Assembly (NCBI GenBank): GCA_964016885.1
Contig: OZ024756.1
Location: forward strand, 21,638,001-21,702,000
DNA length: 64,000 nucleotides
Reading direction: 5' to 3'
Source of the DNA: Eledone cirrhosa
Lineage: Eukaryota
Shown: positions 12,301-25,679 of the stretch, one piece after another
How the letters are laid out: the number at the start of each line of letters is the position of its first letter
Numbering within the stretch: the stretch's first letter is position 1
The notes under the pieces: generated by a model
What the model was told of the DNA's origin: nothing
Seen by the model: only the letters and a program-made list of their open reading frames with translations
Database searches by the model: none
Made by a program: the position numbers and the translations under genes

Positions 12301-13494
12301 GTTAGGCGAGGAAAAAACAAATGACGTACTTGGTTACGTTTGATTGTTAATCTCTCTTTGAAAGAGGCCCCTTTTTCTCTCCATACACTTAGCTCAACGT
12401 TCCTGACGCTTGTCTGGGATATTTCGTCCGAGATAGTTCCCTCATCCGCCGTTGCAATACACAAGATATCCTCTCGGTTCTCAAAAGGGGACACTTTCTG
12501 TGTCCTCCCATTAATTTTGTTCTGTATCTAAGGGTGTTTTGGGGTGTGAACTAAGCGACTTTTCTCCATTTCTCCTCTTACTACTGAACTCAGAATCCAT
12601 GTTGGCAGTGTCGGGTGAAATGAAACTACGACGCGTAAGTAATACAGCATCTCGCTTAACTTACTGACTACCTGACTACAACTGACCCATCCGGCGAGCT
12701 GTTCAAAAGCCACACATGTACCTCAATATATGTAGCTCTATTCTGTACATTTTTCTCCTTGACCTCCTTATTTCCCACAGTAAAAAAAAACAAAACAGTC
12801 GGATACTTTTTTCGACTCACCTCGTATAATTATCATATCTTTTGATTATTCAAAGATATCAAACTTTTACATGGGCGTGGTTTGAGTTAGTGCAGCTGTA
12901 TGATATTGTTCACGATATATTAGCTAGAGAATAGCAGCAACGATAGTAGTACGATTGGTATCTGTTTGCTTTCAATGATATTGGGAAATTGAAAGATCTA
13001 AAAGGAAGATGGTGTGCTGCCAGATAAGAAATAGATAAAAAAATAAATGCCCTGAAACAAAAGCAAAACAAAATCATAAAGATAAATAAATGAAGAAATA
13101 ACAACAACAACAAAAAAAAACAAAAAAACAACAACTATATAACTGAACTGATATCGATTATTAAGGAAGGATGAACAAACCCAGAACTTCTGTTGGGAAT
13201 TTGATCAAAGAACTGGATGGAATGTTTGATGTTTTATTTTTATTTTTGCTCTCTGATGTATTTGAGTGTTTGTTTTTTTACCTCCACTACCACCACATGT
13301 TGTTATATTTCTTTGCTTAGATTCCACAAATGATGCCATGATTTTAATTTTCACAAGCTTGTTCATTCCTTACTTGGTTTGTTTGTTTTAAAAACAAACA
13401 GTAAAAACCTTTGTATTTCCTGGACTTTTCGAAACGCTCTATCGCATTGGTTATACGTAGTAATTTCATTTTATTATATTTTCCTACATCTAAG

Positions 13495-13880
13495 GGAGGT
13501 GGATTGGCAGTATCAGTAGAGGGTAGGACACCATGCTTTGCAGCATAGAGTTATGGCCCTTTACGATCTGAGTACAAATGCTGCCGAGGTTAGCTTTGCT
13601 TTTTTCTTCCTTACGAGGTCCATAAATAAAGTACCAGTAATGCAGTGGGGTCGATGTAATCGACTTTCTCCGCTCCCCAAATTGTTGGCCTTGCGCCTAA
13701 ATCATACAGTGGATTCGCAGTATCGGTAGAGCGTCGGACACCATGTTTCGCCCTTTAGGTTCTGAGTTCAAATGCCGCCGAGGTTAACTTTGCCTTTCAT
13801 CCTTACCGGGTCGATAAAATAAAGCACCAGTAATGTACAGGGATAATTGCTGCCCTTGTACCAAAAAGTAGAAACGATTA
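13495..13880 (+). mobile_element. Two tandem SINE family 1 copies
   Basis: Heads at about 13495 and 13708, each with core and tail. Confidence 0.85.
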
Positions 13881-14697
13881 TATTCCGCTACATTTTTGGT
13901 ATCCTTTATTGTTGTTATTGTTTTATTTAGCTATCATTGTTATTGATGATGTTGTTGTTGTCGTCGTCGACGTCAGAACAATTGCTCTTATCTTTGATCT
14001 CAATTTCATTTTTTTCTGCTGAAATTCTAGACAAAAATTAAATATCACTCTCGCTATCACTACCGCCAACAAAACGTTAAAACTAATGTTTGCAATTGTT
14101 GTTATCAAATACATTAAACTGATATTATTTTTTTCCTTGGTGCAGGGACGCTATAGTAACCAACATCGCCAAAGTTATCATATGACAGAGAATATAGTAA
14201 CCAGCATCGTCAAAGTCAACATGTGTCTGTTAGAATGATGTTATCATATAAAAGAATACTGTGAGAGAAACCTATAAATGACTGATGGCTTGACATGATA
14301 CAACTCGTAGTGACTAGCTTTAACTAGAAATCATCTGCTGACATCTAGAAAAATGATCACATTGTAGAATTATAGTCAGACAAACAATACAAACAATATG
14401 TCTGAATAAATGACCTGTGGGGTCACCACTGGTATGTCAACAAACATAGGTCTGGTCGATCAAAACTGATTTATGAACTAAATGGCACATTTTTATTTTA
14501 TTAAAAATGTTTAAAGAATTCCAGTGAGATTTTAAGTCAAGCACGTTCAACATCAATATTTGAACGTAGAACACACACACACACACACACACTCACTCAC
14601 ACACACACACACTCACTCACTCACTCACTCACTCACTCACTCACTCACTCACTCACTCACAACGTGTGTGTATGTGTTTGTGTTAGATTACATGTTT

Positions 14698-14870
14698 ATC
14701 TACTTTTGGCACAAGGCCAGCAATTATCGCAGTGTATTACTGGTACTTTATTTTATCGACCAAGTAACGATGAAAGGCAGAGTTAACTTTGGCGGGGTTT
14801 GAACTCAAACCGTAAAGGGCCGTAACTCTATGCTGCGAGGATAATGCGATGCTTTTGTAGTAGAGCTCAG
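14698..14870 (-). mobile_element. SINE family 1
   Basis: Reverse-complement tail, core and B-box. Confidence 0.8.
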
Positions 14871-14984
14871 AAGCGTATAGAAGGGCTCGTGAATAGGGTT
14901 GTGGTACTGTTCTTAGATGGAGCTGATGTATTCTTAGAATGGTGTTGTACTGTTTCAGAGAATTTCCAATTTGATTGTTTGTTT

Positions 14985-15565
14985 CTCTCTCTCGCTCTCT
15001 CTCTCCATCTCTCTCTCTCTCTCTTGCTCTCTCTCTCGCTCTCTCTCGCTCTCTCTCTCGCTCTCTCTCTCCATCTCTCTCTCTCGCTCTCTCTCGCTCT
15101 CTTTCGCTCTCTCTCTCCATCTCTCTCTCAACCTCTCCATCTCTCTCTACACGCTCTCCATCTCTCTCTAAACGCTCTCCATCTCTCTCTAAACGCTCTC
15201 CATCTCTCTCTCAACGCTCTCCATCTCTCTCTCAACTCTCTCCATCTCTCTCTTAACTCTCTCCATCTCTCTCTCAACGCCCTCCCTCTCTCTCTCAACG
15301 CTCTCCCTCTCTCTCTCAACCCTCTCCCTCTCTCTCTCAACCCTCTCCCTTTCTCTCTCAACCCTCTCCCTTTTTCTCTCAACCCTCTCCCTCTCCCTCT
15401 CAACCCTCTCCCTCTCTTTCTGCCTCTCTCTCACCCCCCTCTCTCTGTCTGCCTGTCTGTTCGTGCCTTTCTGTCTGTCTCTCTTTCTCTGTCTGTATGT
15501 CTGTCTCTTTGTCGCACTCTTTCTCTCTCTCTATCTCTCTGTCTGTCTCTTTCTCTCTCTCTCTG
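14985..15565. repeat. CT-rich microsatellite/minisatellite (~21-bp CTCTCCATCTCTCTCTCAACG-type unit)
   Basis: Direct observation. Confidence 0.9.
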
Positions 15566-15839
15566 AAGAGAGTACCAACCTATACCGAGATGAACTGTAG
15601 AGGTTGTTGTGCTTGTAGTGATGAACTCTGCACTAAAAGTAAATATCTAGAGACCGGGAAAGGAATTAACAAGGCCATTAAAATATATTGACATGTATGT
15701 TACTAGAAATCTAGCAAACAACGCAGTCTTTAGTAAGACAACCGTGTTAAACGGAACAACTTATATTCTACACATTGTAGCTATATAAATAGATTATCTT
15801 AAATATACTAACAACATATCATCACAACATCAGCTACTA

Positions 15840-17320
15840 GTACTACTATTGCTATTGCTATCACATCTGCTGCCATCACCACTGCTGCCATCATCACCAC
15901 CATCACTACCACCATCACCATCGTCACCAACAACACTACCAACAACACCACCAACACTACCAACAACAACACCAACAACACTACAACACCAAAAACACTA
16001 CCAAAAACACCACCGACAACACCAACACCACCACACTACACCAACAACAACACTACAACACCAACACCACCAACAACAACACCAACAGCACTACCAACAA
16101 CACCACCAACAGCACTACCAACAACACCACCACCACACTACAACAGCAACAAAAACACCAACAAAACCACCACCACGACACTACAACACCACCACCACCA
16201 CCATACTACAACACCAACAAAAACACCAACAAAACCACCACCACGACACTACAACACCACCACCACCACACTACAACACCACCACCACACTACAACACCA
16301 CCACCACCACCACACTACAACACTAACAACAACACCACTACACTACAACACTACCAACACCAACAACACCTCCAATGATAATTGAGGCTACTTTTGGTAC
16401 AAGACCAACAATTACCCCAGTGCATTACTGGTACTTTATTTCATCAACTCCCGTAAGGATAAAAGGCAAAGTTAGCCCCGGCGGGATTTGAACTCGGATC
16501 GTAAAGGGTCGTAACTCTATGCTGCAAAGCATGGCGTCCGACCCTCTACCGATACTGCTAATCCACCATTAATAATAATAATTATTATTTCAACTTTCGG
16601 CATCACCGCCACCATCACCATCACTATCACCGCCACCACCACCATCACTGCCGCCACCATCACCATCACCGCCGCCACCATCACGACCATCACCGTCACC
16701 ATCACCACCGCCATATCACGACCATCACCACCGCCACCGCCACAACCATTACTATCACTGCCGCCACCGTCACTATCACTATCACCACCGCCACCATCAC
16801 GACTACCATCACTACCATCGTCCCCAACACCATCATAATCACCATCAACAGCACTATCACCATCACTATCGCCATAACCACCACCACCACCACCACCATC
16901 ACCACTACCACCATCACCATCACCACCAGCATCGTCACCACCAGCAACACCATCACCACCACCACCAGCAACACCACCACCACCATCACCATCATCACCA
17001 TCACCATCATCACCACCACCACCATCACCACCACCACCACCACCACCATCACCCCCATCACCCCCCCCCCCCACTATCACTACCACCACCACCACCCACT
17101 GTCAACACCACCACCACCACCACCCACTGTCACCACCACCAACACCGTCACCACCACCACCACCACCACCACCACCACCAACACCGTCACCACCACCACC
17201 ACCACCACCACCACCACCACCACCCACTGTCACCACCACCAACACCGTCACCACCACCACCACCACCACCACCACCACCACCACCGTCACCACCACCACC
17301 ACCACCACCACCACCAACAG
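15840..17320. repeat. (CAC)n/(CAA)n low-complexity region interrupted by a SINE
   Basis: Trinucleotide-derived tract; SINE family 1 on minus strand at 16388-16568. Confidence 0.9.
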
Positions 17321-17506
17321 TCACTTATACATCAAATGTATTCTTCATCGGAGTCTGATAGCAGCTGATCGATATATATGAATGTAAGTTGTGGCTGTTT
17401 CACTATTGATAACATTTATTGATTGATTTTCACTCACTCTCACACACACACGCGCGCGCAAACACATACACATACACACACATACACATATATATATATA
17501 CATACA

Positions 17507-17632
<126 letters not shown>

Positions 17633-18144
17633 CATACACTCACACACACATGTACTTATTTCTCTTATCTCTTATCCATTTCCTCTCTCTCGCTTTATCT
17701 TTCTATGGCTCTCTCTTTCTGTCTTTGTCTCTCTCTCTCTCTCTCTCTTTATGTATTTGCCTCTCTCCCTCTGTCTCTGTCTCTGTCTCTTTCTCTCTCT
17801 CTATGTCTTAGAGCGAAAGAGAGAGAGAGACAGTGTCTATCTCTTTGTCTCTCTCGATATATATATATATATATGTCTGTCTCTCTCTCTCTCTCTCTGT
17901 ATTTGTCTCTCTCTCTCACTATCTATCTATCTATCTCTCTGTATTTGTCTATCTCTCTCTCTCTCTCCCTTTATCTTCCATACAGTCAACAGACCCTCAT
18001 CTCCATTCAGTTGTCTCACTCAAACGTTCGTCTTATCCCCGAATATATTCCAGTTTATCATAGAACCCTTTTATTGAATAAATATCTCCTAGTTTTAACA
18101 GACCATTCGTGAGATACCACGTGAGGTTGACGTGTATCTAGTTA

Positions 18145-18216
<72 letters not shown>

Positions 18217-18390
18217 CGTAGATACATACACACGCACGCGCGTATATATGCGTCTTTGCTTTACAAGTGATAAATCCTTTTACACAAATAATAATATTCA
18301 TATATGTATATATATATGTGTGTGTGCGTATGTATATATTTAGCTATATGTATATATAGGTATGTATGTATATATGTATGTATATGTGTG

Positions 18391-18449
<59 letters not shown>

Positions 18450-18538
18450 CTATAAAAGGTAAACAGAAATAACAACACAATCGGTAGAGTATATGGAAGG
18501 ATTATATTAGGTTAGCGCTTGAAATAGAAGGAAGGGGG

Positions 18539-18573
18539 TCTTAACGTTTCGGACGCTAGTCCTTCATTAGAAG
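18539..18573 (-). ncRNA. Minimal hammerhead, family B (core variant CUAAUGA)
   Basis: Minus strand CUU-CUAAUGA-A-GGAC UAGC GUCC-GAAA-CGUU-AAGA. Confidence 0.65.
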
Positions 18574-18589
18574 TGAAGATTCTAACTCA

Positions 18590-18790
18590 GCCGTGTGAGC
18601 TGCAATGGCTTTTCCAGCGCGTCTCCCTCACCATCCTCCGGTGAAACGCCTTCTGTATTCTGTTTGCCGGGGCGACCAGAGCGTGGGCCCTCATTTGCTC
18701 ACACTAATGAGAGATGAGAAGAGCGGAGGAGAAAGAGACGGAGGCTGTGACAGTGACCGGGAGATTGGGTCTTTTGTGTTCGGACTTGGT
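18590..18790 (+). mobile_element. CRE-like LINE 3' fragment
   Basis: Nucleotide similarity to 29731-29935 and 30540-30830; encodes a WLFQRVSLTILR-like segment. Confidence 0.6.
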
Positions 18791-18932
18791 GTATATATGT
18801 ATATAACAGCTTAATAGAACGTTTGTTCTTCGTGTATGTCTCCCTACGTCAGTTGTACGAGGTGTATTAGAAACGAAACAGGACTGGGGACGGAATATAT
18901 ATATATATAGCGACCCCAGTCCTATTTCGTTT

Positions 18933-18981
<49 letters not shown>

Positions 18982-19389
18982 GATATTAACAAATGGAAAC
19001 TATATTTATAAAACCATATTTATTTCATTATACATATTTCAAGGACACCAAGTTAAATTATGGTGTGCTTTCATCAGATAAAATATAATATAGAACAGTT
19101 TTATAAATAAATATTGACATATCCTTAAAGAATGCAACCATTACTGTTGGAAGCTCCCGGATAGTGGAGTTATAGCTTTAATAATATAATTAAAGCTATA
19201 ACTCCACTATCCGGGAGCTTCCAACAGTAATGGTTGCATTCTTTAAGGGTATGTCAATATTTATTTATAAAACTGTTCTATATTATATTTTATCTGATGA
19301 AAGCACACCATAATTTAACTTGGTGTCCTTGAAATATGTATAATGAAATAAATATGGTTTTATAAATATAGTTTCCATTTGTTAATATC
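18982..19389. repeat. Near-perfect palindrome, 201-bp arms, 6-nt loop, starting next to (TA)n
   Basis: GATATTAACAAATGG...CTTTAAT / ATTAAAG...CCATTTGTTAATATC; one mismatch seen by eye. Confidence 0.95.
19286..19350 (+). ncRNA. Type I hammerhead, family D (mirror copy on minus strand at about 19021-19085)
   Basis: UAUUUUAU-CUGAUGA-AAGCACACC..GGUGUCCUU-GAAA-UAUGUA-UA-AUGAAAUA; 8-bp stem I. Confidence 0.75.
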
Positions 19390-19477
19390 ATATTTTTACT
19401 CCAAATATTTGTTGAGTGCTTTATATCAGTTGTAAAAATATTTGCTTGTTGTATCCCAACGATTTAAATAGAACTTT

Positions 19478-19547
<70 letters not shown>

Positions 19548-19662
19548 TTAGTTAAGCAAAGCAAGACCACAAATTTCACAAGGAAGACATTATTAAAAGA
19601 TTGTCAACATATTTAGTTTGATGTAAGGAATGTAGAGAATAATAATAATAATACTATTAATA

Positions 19663-19848
19663 ATAATTGTTTCTACTTTTGGCACAAGGCCAGCAATTAT
19701 CCCAGTGTATTACTGGTACTTTATTTTATCGACCCCGTAAGGATGAAAGGCAAAGTTAACCTCGGCGGGATTTGAACTCAGACCATAAAGGGACGTAACT
19801 GTGCTGCAAAGCATGGCGTCCGACCCTCTACCAATACTGCCAATCCAC
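19663..19848 (-). mobile_element. SINE family 1 inserted in the (AAT)n run of another repeat
   Basis: Full copy; the same host repeat without the SINE lies at 33158-33293. Confidence 0.9.
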
Positions 19849-19970
19849 AATGCCCGTTTACAATTGTTTCGCTACTCCTACGCTTTGGCTTCTAACTAAC
19901 TCACCAATCTTTCCTCTCATATCTCCTCTACTATCTCAATCTCTCTCTTTAAGATTGGTTACTCTTGAAC

Positions 19971-20005
<35 letters not shown>

Positions 20006-20012
20006 GTATGTA

Positions 20013-20097
20013 TATTGGCGCTTACAAGTATGAAATTTGTAGTACTTTGTGGAATAAAAACAAATCCCTACAAATTTCATACTTGATGACCCAAAAT
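20013..20097. mobile_element. Tiny mariner-type MITE
   Basis: CAAGTATGAAATTTGTAG / CTACAAATTTCATACTTG inverted pair; relative at 63183-63267. Confidence 0.6.
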
Positions 20098-20170
20098 AAC
20101 CCTTCTGTAGCTTGCTTGAAGTATTGTTGAATAGGATACAAATTTAAATAATTTTGAAAACCAATATATA

Positions 20171-20222
<52 letters not shown>

Positions 20223-20239
20223 AAAAAACAACGAGTTTT

Positions 20240-20710
20240 CCTCCTCGAAATAATCACCCTCTCGAGTTTAACGCAATTTCTTATCCTTCTCCAACACACC
20301 TCCATGCACCACCGCTGGAAGGATTCATCCGGGTTTCTTTGCGGCTTCATCGTCACGGCTTCATCGTCACGGCTTCATCGTCACGGCCCTCTTGATGGCT
20401 TTCACGTCCACAAAACGGCTCTCCTTGATGACCATCTTGAGATTTGGGAAAAGGAAAAGAGCACACGGAGCCAGCTAGGGTAAGCAGAGAGGTTGTTCCG
20501 ACACAGCGCTGTTCCTTTCGGCCAGGAACTACTGGATGCTACGGCACAAACTTCGTGTAGATCTTCCAAAGCTTCGGTGATAATCTTCCAAGCGCTGTTT
20601 ATGCCCAGTGTACTTGCCATCACTCGATGATGGCCACACACCGCCTGCCTCATGCGCTCATTGAAGACCATCTGCTGTTGGGGTCGTCTTGCACGTCCTC
20701 ACAAAAGCAT
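20240..20710 (-). pseudogene. Internally deleted mariner transposase relic
   Basis: Minus frames give RQAVCGHHRVMASTLGINSAWKIITEALEDLHEVCA joined to FLAERNSAVSEQP..LAPCALFLFPNLKMVIKESRFVDVKAIKRAV..ESFQ, resembling the mariner YSPDLAPxD region and C-terminus. Confidence 0.8.
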
Positions 20711-21116
20711 CAAAAGCATGTGAAAAAACATAAAATGGCTGTAGTGAGCTGAGATCGCACTTATATTCTCTCAGGAGGTTACGTCACACGTGACGTAACC
20801 TCTAATCCCATCCACACATAGCTCGAACAGCATACTAAGTATTCTTACCTTTCTCACAAACCCCGTATCTTGGCGATATATATGTATATGTATATATATA
20901 TATGTATGCATGTATCTATGTATCTATGTATATGTGTGTGTGTGTATATATGCATATGTATGCATATATATGTATATGTTTATACGCATATATGTAAGTA
21001 TATGTTTATATGTATACGTATATGTTTATTTGTATGTATATTTATATATGTATATTTACACACACACACGCATGCACACGCGCGCGCGCACGCACACGCA
21101 CACGCACACACACATA

Positions 21117-21167
<51 letters not shown>

Positions 21168-21562
21168 GTATGGAAACATCTAAAACTGTACCAGTACTTT
21201 TTGTTCTACCATTTAAACTGTCTTCGAGCGAATTACGTGTCCATTATAATATTATTATAGTAAATCATTTTTCTGAGGTCTTTGCAGATAAACTATCCAT
21301 TATATATTTCTAGGGCTAATGCAGCTTCTTAAATGAGGTTGGAACAATGCAAATTCACAAACATACGCACACACATATACAGACAGACATACACACACAC
21401 TCACACATATACACCCATACACACACATACACTCATACACACACACACTAACACACATACAATCATACACACACAACACGACACACATACATATATATAA
21501 TTCCATGGCTAATGCAGTTTGTGCAACGAGGTTGGAACAATGCACCCATATACATGAAAAGT

Positions 21563-21651
<89 letters not shown>

Positions 21652-21653
<2 letters not shown>

Positions 21654-21842
21654 ACAAAGTAATTGTGGTAAGGAACCAGATGGCCCATAACGCACCAGAG
21701 TACTCAATACTTAGGGTAGTAGAGTGGGAAATAGGAAAAAGTATGACCCCGACTGCAGAGCTCAAGCCGTTTCGACGGCTATTTCTGGAAATGGCCGTCG
21801 AAACGGCTTGAGCCCTGCCGTCTGGGTCATACCTTTTCCTAT
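21652..21842 (-). mobile_element. Family F fold-back element with hammerhead 3' half
   Basis: Conserved ~190-bp repeat flanked by TA/CA runs; hairpin arm contains GAAACGGCTTGAGCCCTGCCGTC. Confidence 0.75.
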
Positions 21843-22567
21843 ATATATATATATACACGCACACACAGAAAAGAAAACTAACTAAATGTGGATACAATAC
21901 AAAAAAAAAAAAAATTATCATATAAGCAGTTTTATAACAATTATTCCAGTTAAAAGATTTCTATCGAAGCAAATTCCACAACTTTTGACAAAAGCAACAG
22001 TCTCCCGTTTTCCAACTTCATTAGATACACTGTAAAAAAACACATTCGTTTGTTACTATTGTTATTTGCAACAACAAAGAGTTTGTATCATTGTTAACAT
22101 ACAAAACGGATTTCAGTGTTGTCAGTTAGAACTGTATTACTGAAATGTTAGCTAAGAAACGAGATTGATAACGAGAACGAATGAGCAACGACTAACTTCA
22201 TAGCATAATACGTTATACAATTACAAACCGAAAATAGTTGATGCAATTGTTGTTAACAATGTCAATACTGACATTCAAATGCCGCTGTGAGCACGAGGAG
22301 AGTTGCACTGTAGTTAGCTTGAACACGATTACACTTTAGTTAGCATAACATGATTACACTGTAGTTAGCGTAACATGATTTATGCACCTGTTTGTAAATC
22401 GCGTTAAGAATTGTTCGTAACACACGGTACGTTTCTCTGTCGGAACATCCGATATCACCTCTCAGCAAAGTACATAAACTTAGTTATATTTTAATGAATG
22501 TTATTTGTCAAGTCTGTGGAATGTTATATTTTATATAGTTATATTTTAATGAATGTTATTTGTCAAG

Positions 22568-22753
22568 GGCGGTGGATTGGCAGTATCGGTAGAGGGTCGG
22601 ACGCCATGCTTTGACGCATGTAGTTACGGCCCTTGCCATTCTGAGTTCAAATCCCGCCGAGGTTAACTTTGCCTTTCATCCTTACGGGGTCGATAAAATA
22701 AAGTACCAGTAATACACTGGGTAATTGCTGGCCTTGTGCCAAAAGTAGAAACA
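22568..22753 (+). mobile_element. SINE family 1 with 13-bp target site duplication
   Basis: GTTATTTGTCAAG at 22555-22567 and 22754-22766. Confidence 0.92.
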
Positions 22754-22849
22754 GTTATTTGTCAAGTCTGACTACCACTAAATGTCTTTGCTATCGTCTT
22801 TTCTTTTTTTTTTTTCGATTTTTGTGAAATTTTCTTAATAATAAATAAA

Positions 22850-23300
22850 GATGGTGGATTGGCAGAATTGTTAGAGAGGAAAGAATTCCTGGATAGTTTT
22901 ACGGGCAAAACCAACCGACAGGAAACCCCCAGGGGTAGACCCTAAGCCAGAGGGTTAAATAACATCCATGAGCTCGGCTGGTGTCGCTTGAGGATCCAGC
23001 CACATCAATTGGAGACGGTTGCTTCTGACAGGACCACTGGAAGGAGTGTGAAGACTCAGCTCTTACTACCCTTCCAGGAATATGTGGGCGAAGGAGGAGG
23101 AGATAGAGCGTCGAATAAAATGTCACAGCCGTATTTACTCTGGGTTGTTACATTCTGATTACAAATCCCGCTAAGTTCATCTTTGCTTCTCATCATTCAC
23201 GGGGTCCGATAAAATAAAGTAACATGAAGTGCTGGAGATGATTTAAACAACTTTGCCTTTCTCCAAAATTTACCGCGCTTGTGCCTAAATTAGAAATCAA
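22850..23300 (+). mobile_element. Old SINE split by a ~200-bp insert (22899-23105), possibly a LINE 5' region
   Basis: Head GGTGGATTGGCAGAATTGTTAGA at 22853; B-box, core and tail resume after 23126. Confidence 0.5.
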
Positions 23301-23892
23301 CGTATGGCATTCTTAGTTAAACACATGAATGTCAGCAGCCATCAAATAAGTTTTGCTCTTCTCGGCTACAACGATGGATATTGTAAGCAGCAAATGATAT
23401 ATATCACTCTTAGCACCACATTTAACAACGGTTTCATTATTTCAACAAAGTTTTATGCTCTGTTAAGAGAAAAGTTTATATTCTACTGCTAACTCCAACA
23501 TATTTGTGGTGTCATTAATACCAAATGGTTTACACTATTTCGGAGTTGTAATTGTTAGAATTATCTCTGTTTATCTATCTATCCATTTATCTATCTCTCC
23601 ATTTATCTATCTCTCCCTCCCCCTCTCTCTCCACACACAAACACATATATATACTAATTTTATTATGACTAAATAGTGAGTTTTGTTACTCGAGAGCTTC
23701 GCTTGTTTATCACAGGGTTATCAGACAAGAATATTAAAACTCTACTTCGGTATGGAGTATTTGGTTGACCGCTGTGAGAAAATAATTTCTCTCAGCCGTC
23801 AACTACATACGAATATATATATATATATATGCAAAAAGCAAACAGATATAACAAAGCAAATGGCGTAGTACAATGATATAGTAAGAAAAGAG

Positions 23893-23928
23893 TCTTAACG
23901 TTTCGGACGCTAGTCATTCATCAGAAAA
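23893..23928 (-). ncRNA. Minimal hammerhead, family B
   Basis: Minus strand UUUU-CUGAUGA-A-UGAC UAGC GUCC-GAAA-CGUU-AAGA; core intact, stem II base mismatch. Confidence 0.65.
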
Positions 23929-25394
23929 ATAGAATGAGAAATTAATGAATAAATAGAAATGTAAAGTTAAGTTTTTTTTCATATTTTAAAATAGCTAAAT
24001 GTACTCTTTTATATAGTAATTTATGTATATCTTTGTTAGCTGTATATGGTTTTATGGAATAAGACATTATATGGCTTATTATGTAAAATTCAACACATGG
24101 TGTCTCAACACCCACTAGCTAGATATATATATTTTGTACAGAAGCTTTCTACATGCAACTATCAGAATTATACTTTGTACAGAAGTATAATTACAGAATA
24201 ATGAATAAACCTCCAGAAACAGTCGGTTGAGTAAACATTTGAACTGAATGACTGAGTGCAGATATGTCGGAAATACAATGAACTCATGATTGGTTCGTTG
24301 GAATCCCAGAAGCAAAGATACTCTATTGTTCAAAATACATGGAATAAAAATAACAAGGTTGATACAATTCGTTGCAAAATATTTCTTATTGTTATTAGAT
24401 GCCTAGCTTTTCGATACCATTATTATCCCAAACATGCCGTCATTACTAATATATAATTTGTGTAATTGTTAACAATGTGAAATAATTATTTTCAACAATT
24501 TATGTGCTATTCAATATTTAACAGATAAAAGTAAAATACTATATATAAAGAGTGGTGTGCTCAGGCGCGGAGATGCTATAAATTCGTTTATGGAATACAG
24601 CAAAGACAATTAAAGTAGGAAAAGTAAGTTGCCATCGGCTGCTACAAGAAATTGAACACAATCTCCTCCAGATACCGTCTATATATTCTTACATAGTTTA
24701 CATGAAGTATATACCAATATTGATTCTTCAAATTGGCACAATGCCGTAATGTCAAGTAATTATAGGGTAAGTAGGCTGTCTATTACATCGATAACAAATG
24801 TAATTTAAATCAATGTAGTTATCGAGAAGAAACGAAGAGACTGACGTTTCGGATTTCTTCCTTTTCCTCACAATAGTTACGTACGTACGAACTACAGGAT
24901 TTCCTACTCTGTTATATATTGCCGACACAAAGCTTCAGTTGTTTCAGGTAGTTTTAGGTTTTATCATATTAAATGAAGTCCAGCACAGGGATGAACTGCA
25001 AATACATTTAAATGATGACAGCATGTTATAAGACAACGCCATTGCCTCGAATATCGCTCAGACAAATGTACAGATTTAACCCACTGATGATGATGATGAT
25101 GATGATGATGACGAGAACGATGCTGATGATGATGATGACGAGAACGATGCTGATGCTGCTGATGATGATGATGATGAAACTACTAACAATTAGTTATGAT
25201 CATAATGGTTTCTGATTTAGGCACAAGGCCAACAAATGTCTTGGGGAGGGGAAAGTCGGTTAATCGAGTGTGTGTGTGTGTGTGTGTGTGTGTGTCTGTA
25301 TGGCTGCGTGTTTGTGTCTGCGTGTGAGTGTCTGTGTGTGTCTGTCTGTGTGTCTCTGTGTCTGCGTGTGTGTATGTGCCTCTGTGTATGTAAT

Positions 25395-25464
<70 letters not shown>

Positions 25465-25679
25465 TACAATCCAGAGCCACATGTACTCTTATATATTCAC
25501 TATACACTTATGTAATTCAAAGACGTGGTGCTAAACTCTGCTTCTAAAACCAGTTTAGAAGAGAACGCCATGAGTCTCAGTTTTACCATCAAGATGACAA
25601 TATCTGCCAGTCATGGAATGTTAACAGTCCACATACTTTGATAAGTTGCACCAATATGGAGATTCAACTTTTCATTAAT

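Noticed and set aside
12195-12713. Short ORFs in a GC-richer block
   Set aside because: No recognisable motifs, and part of the block recurs elsewhere as a dispersed repeat
24836-24872. Minus-strand GAAACGTC with GTGAGGA upstream
   Set aside because: Core is altered and stem I does not pair; also true of the GAAACACGCGTC at about 3070
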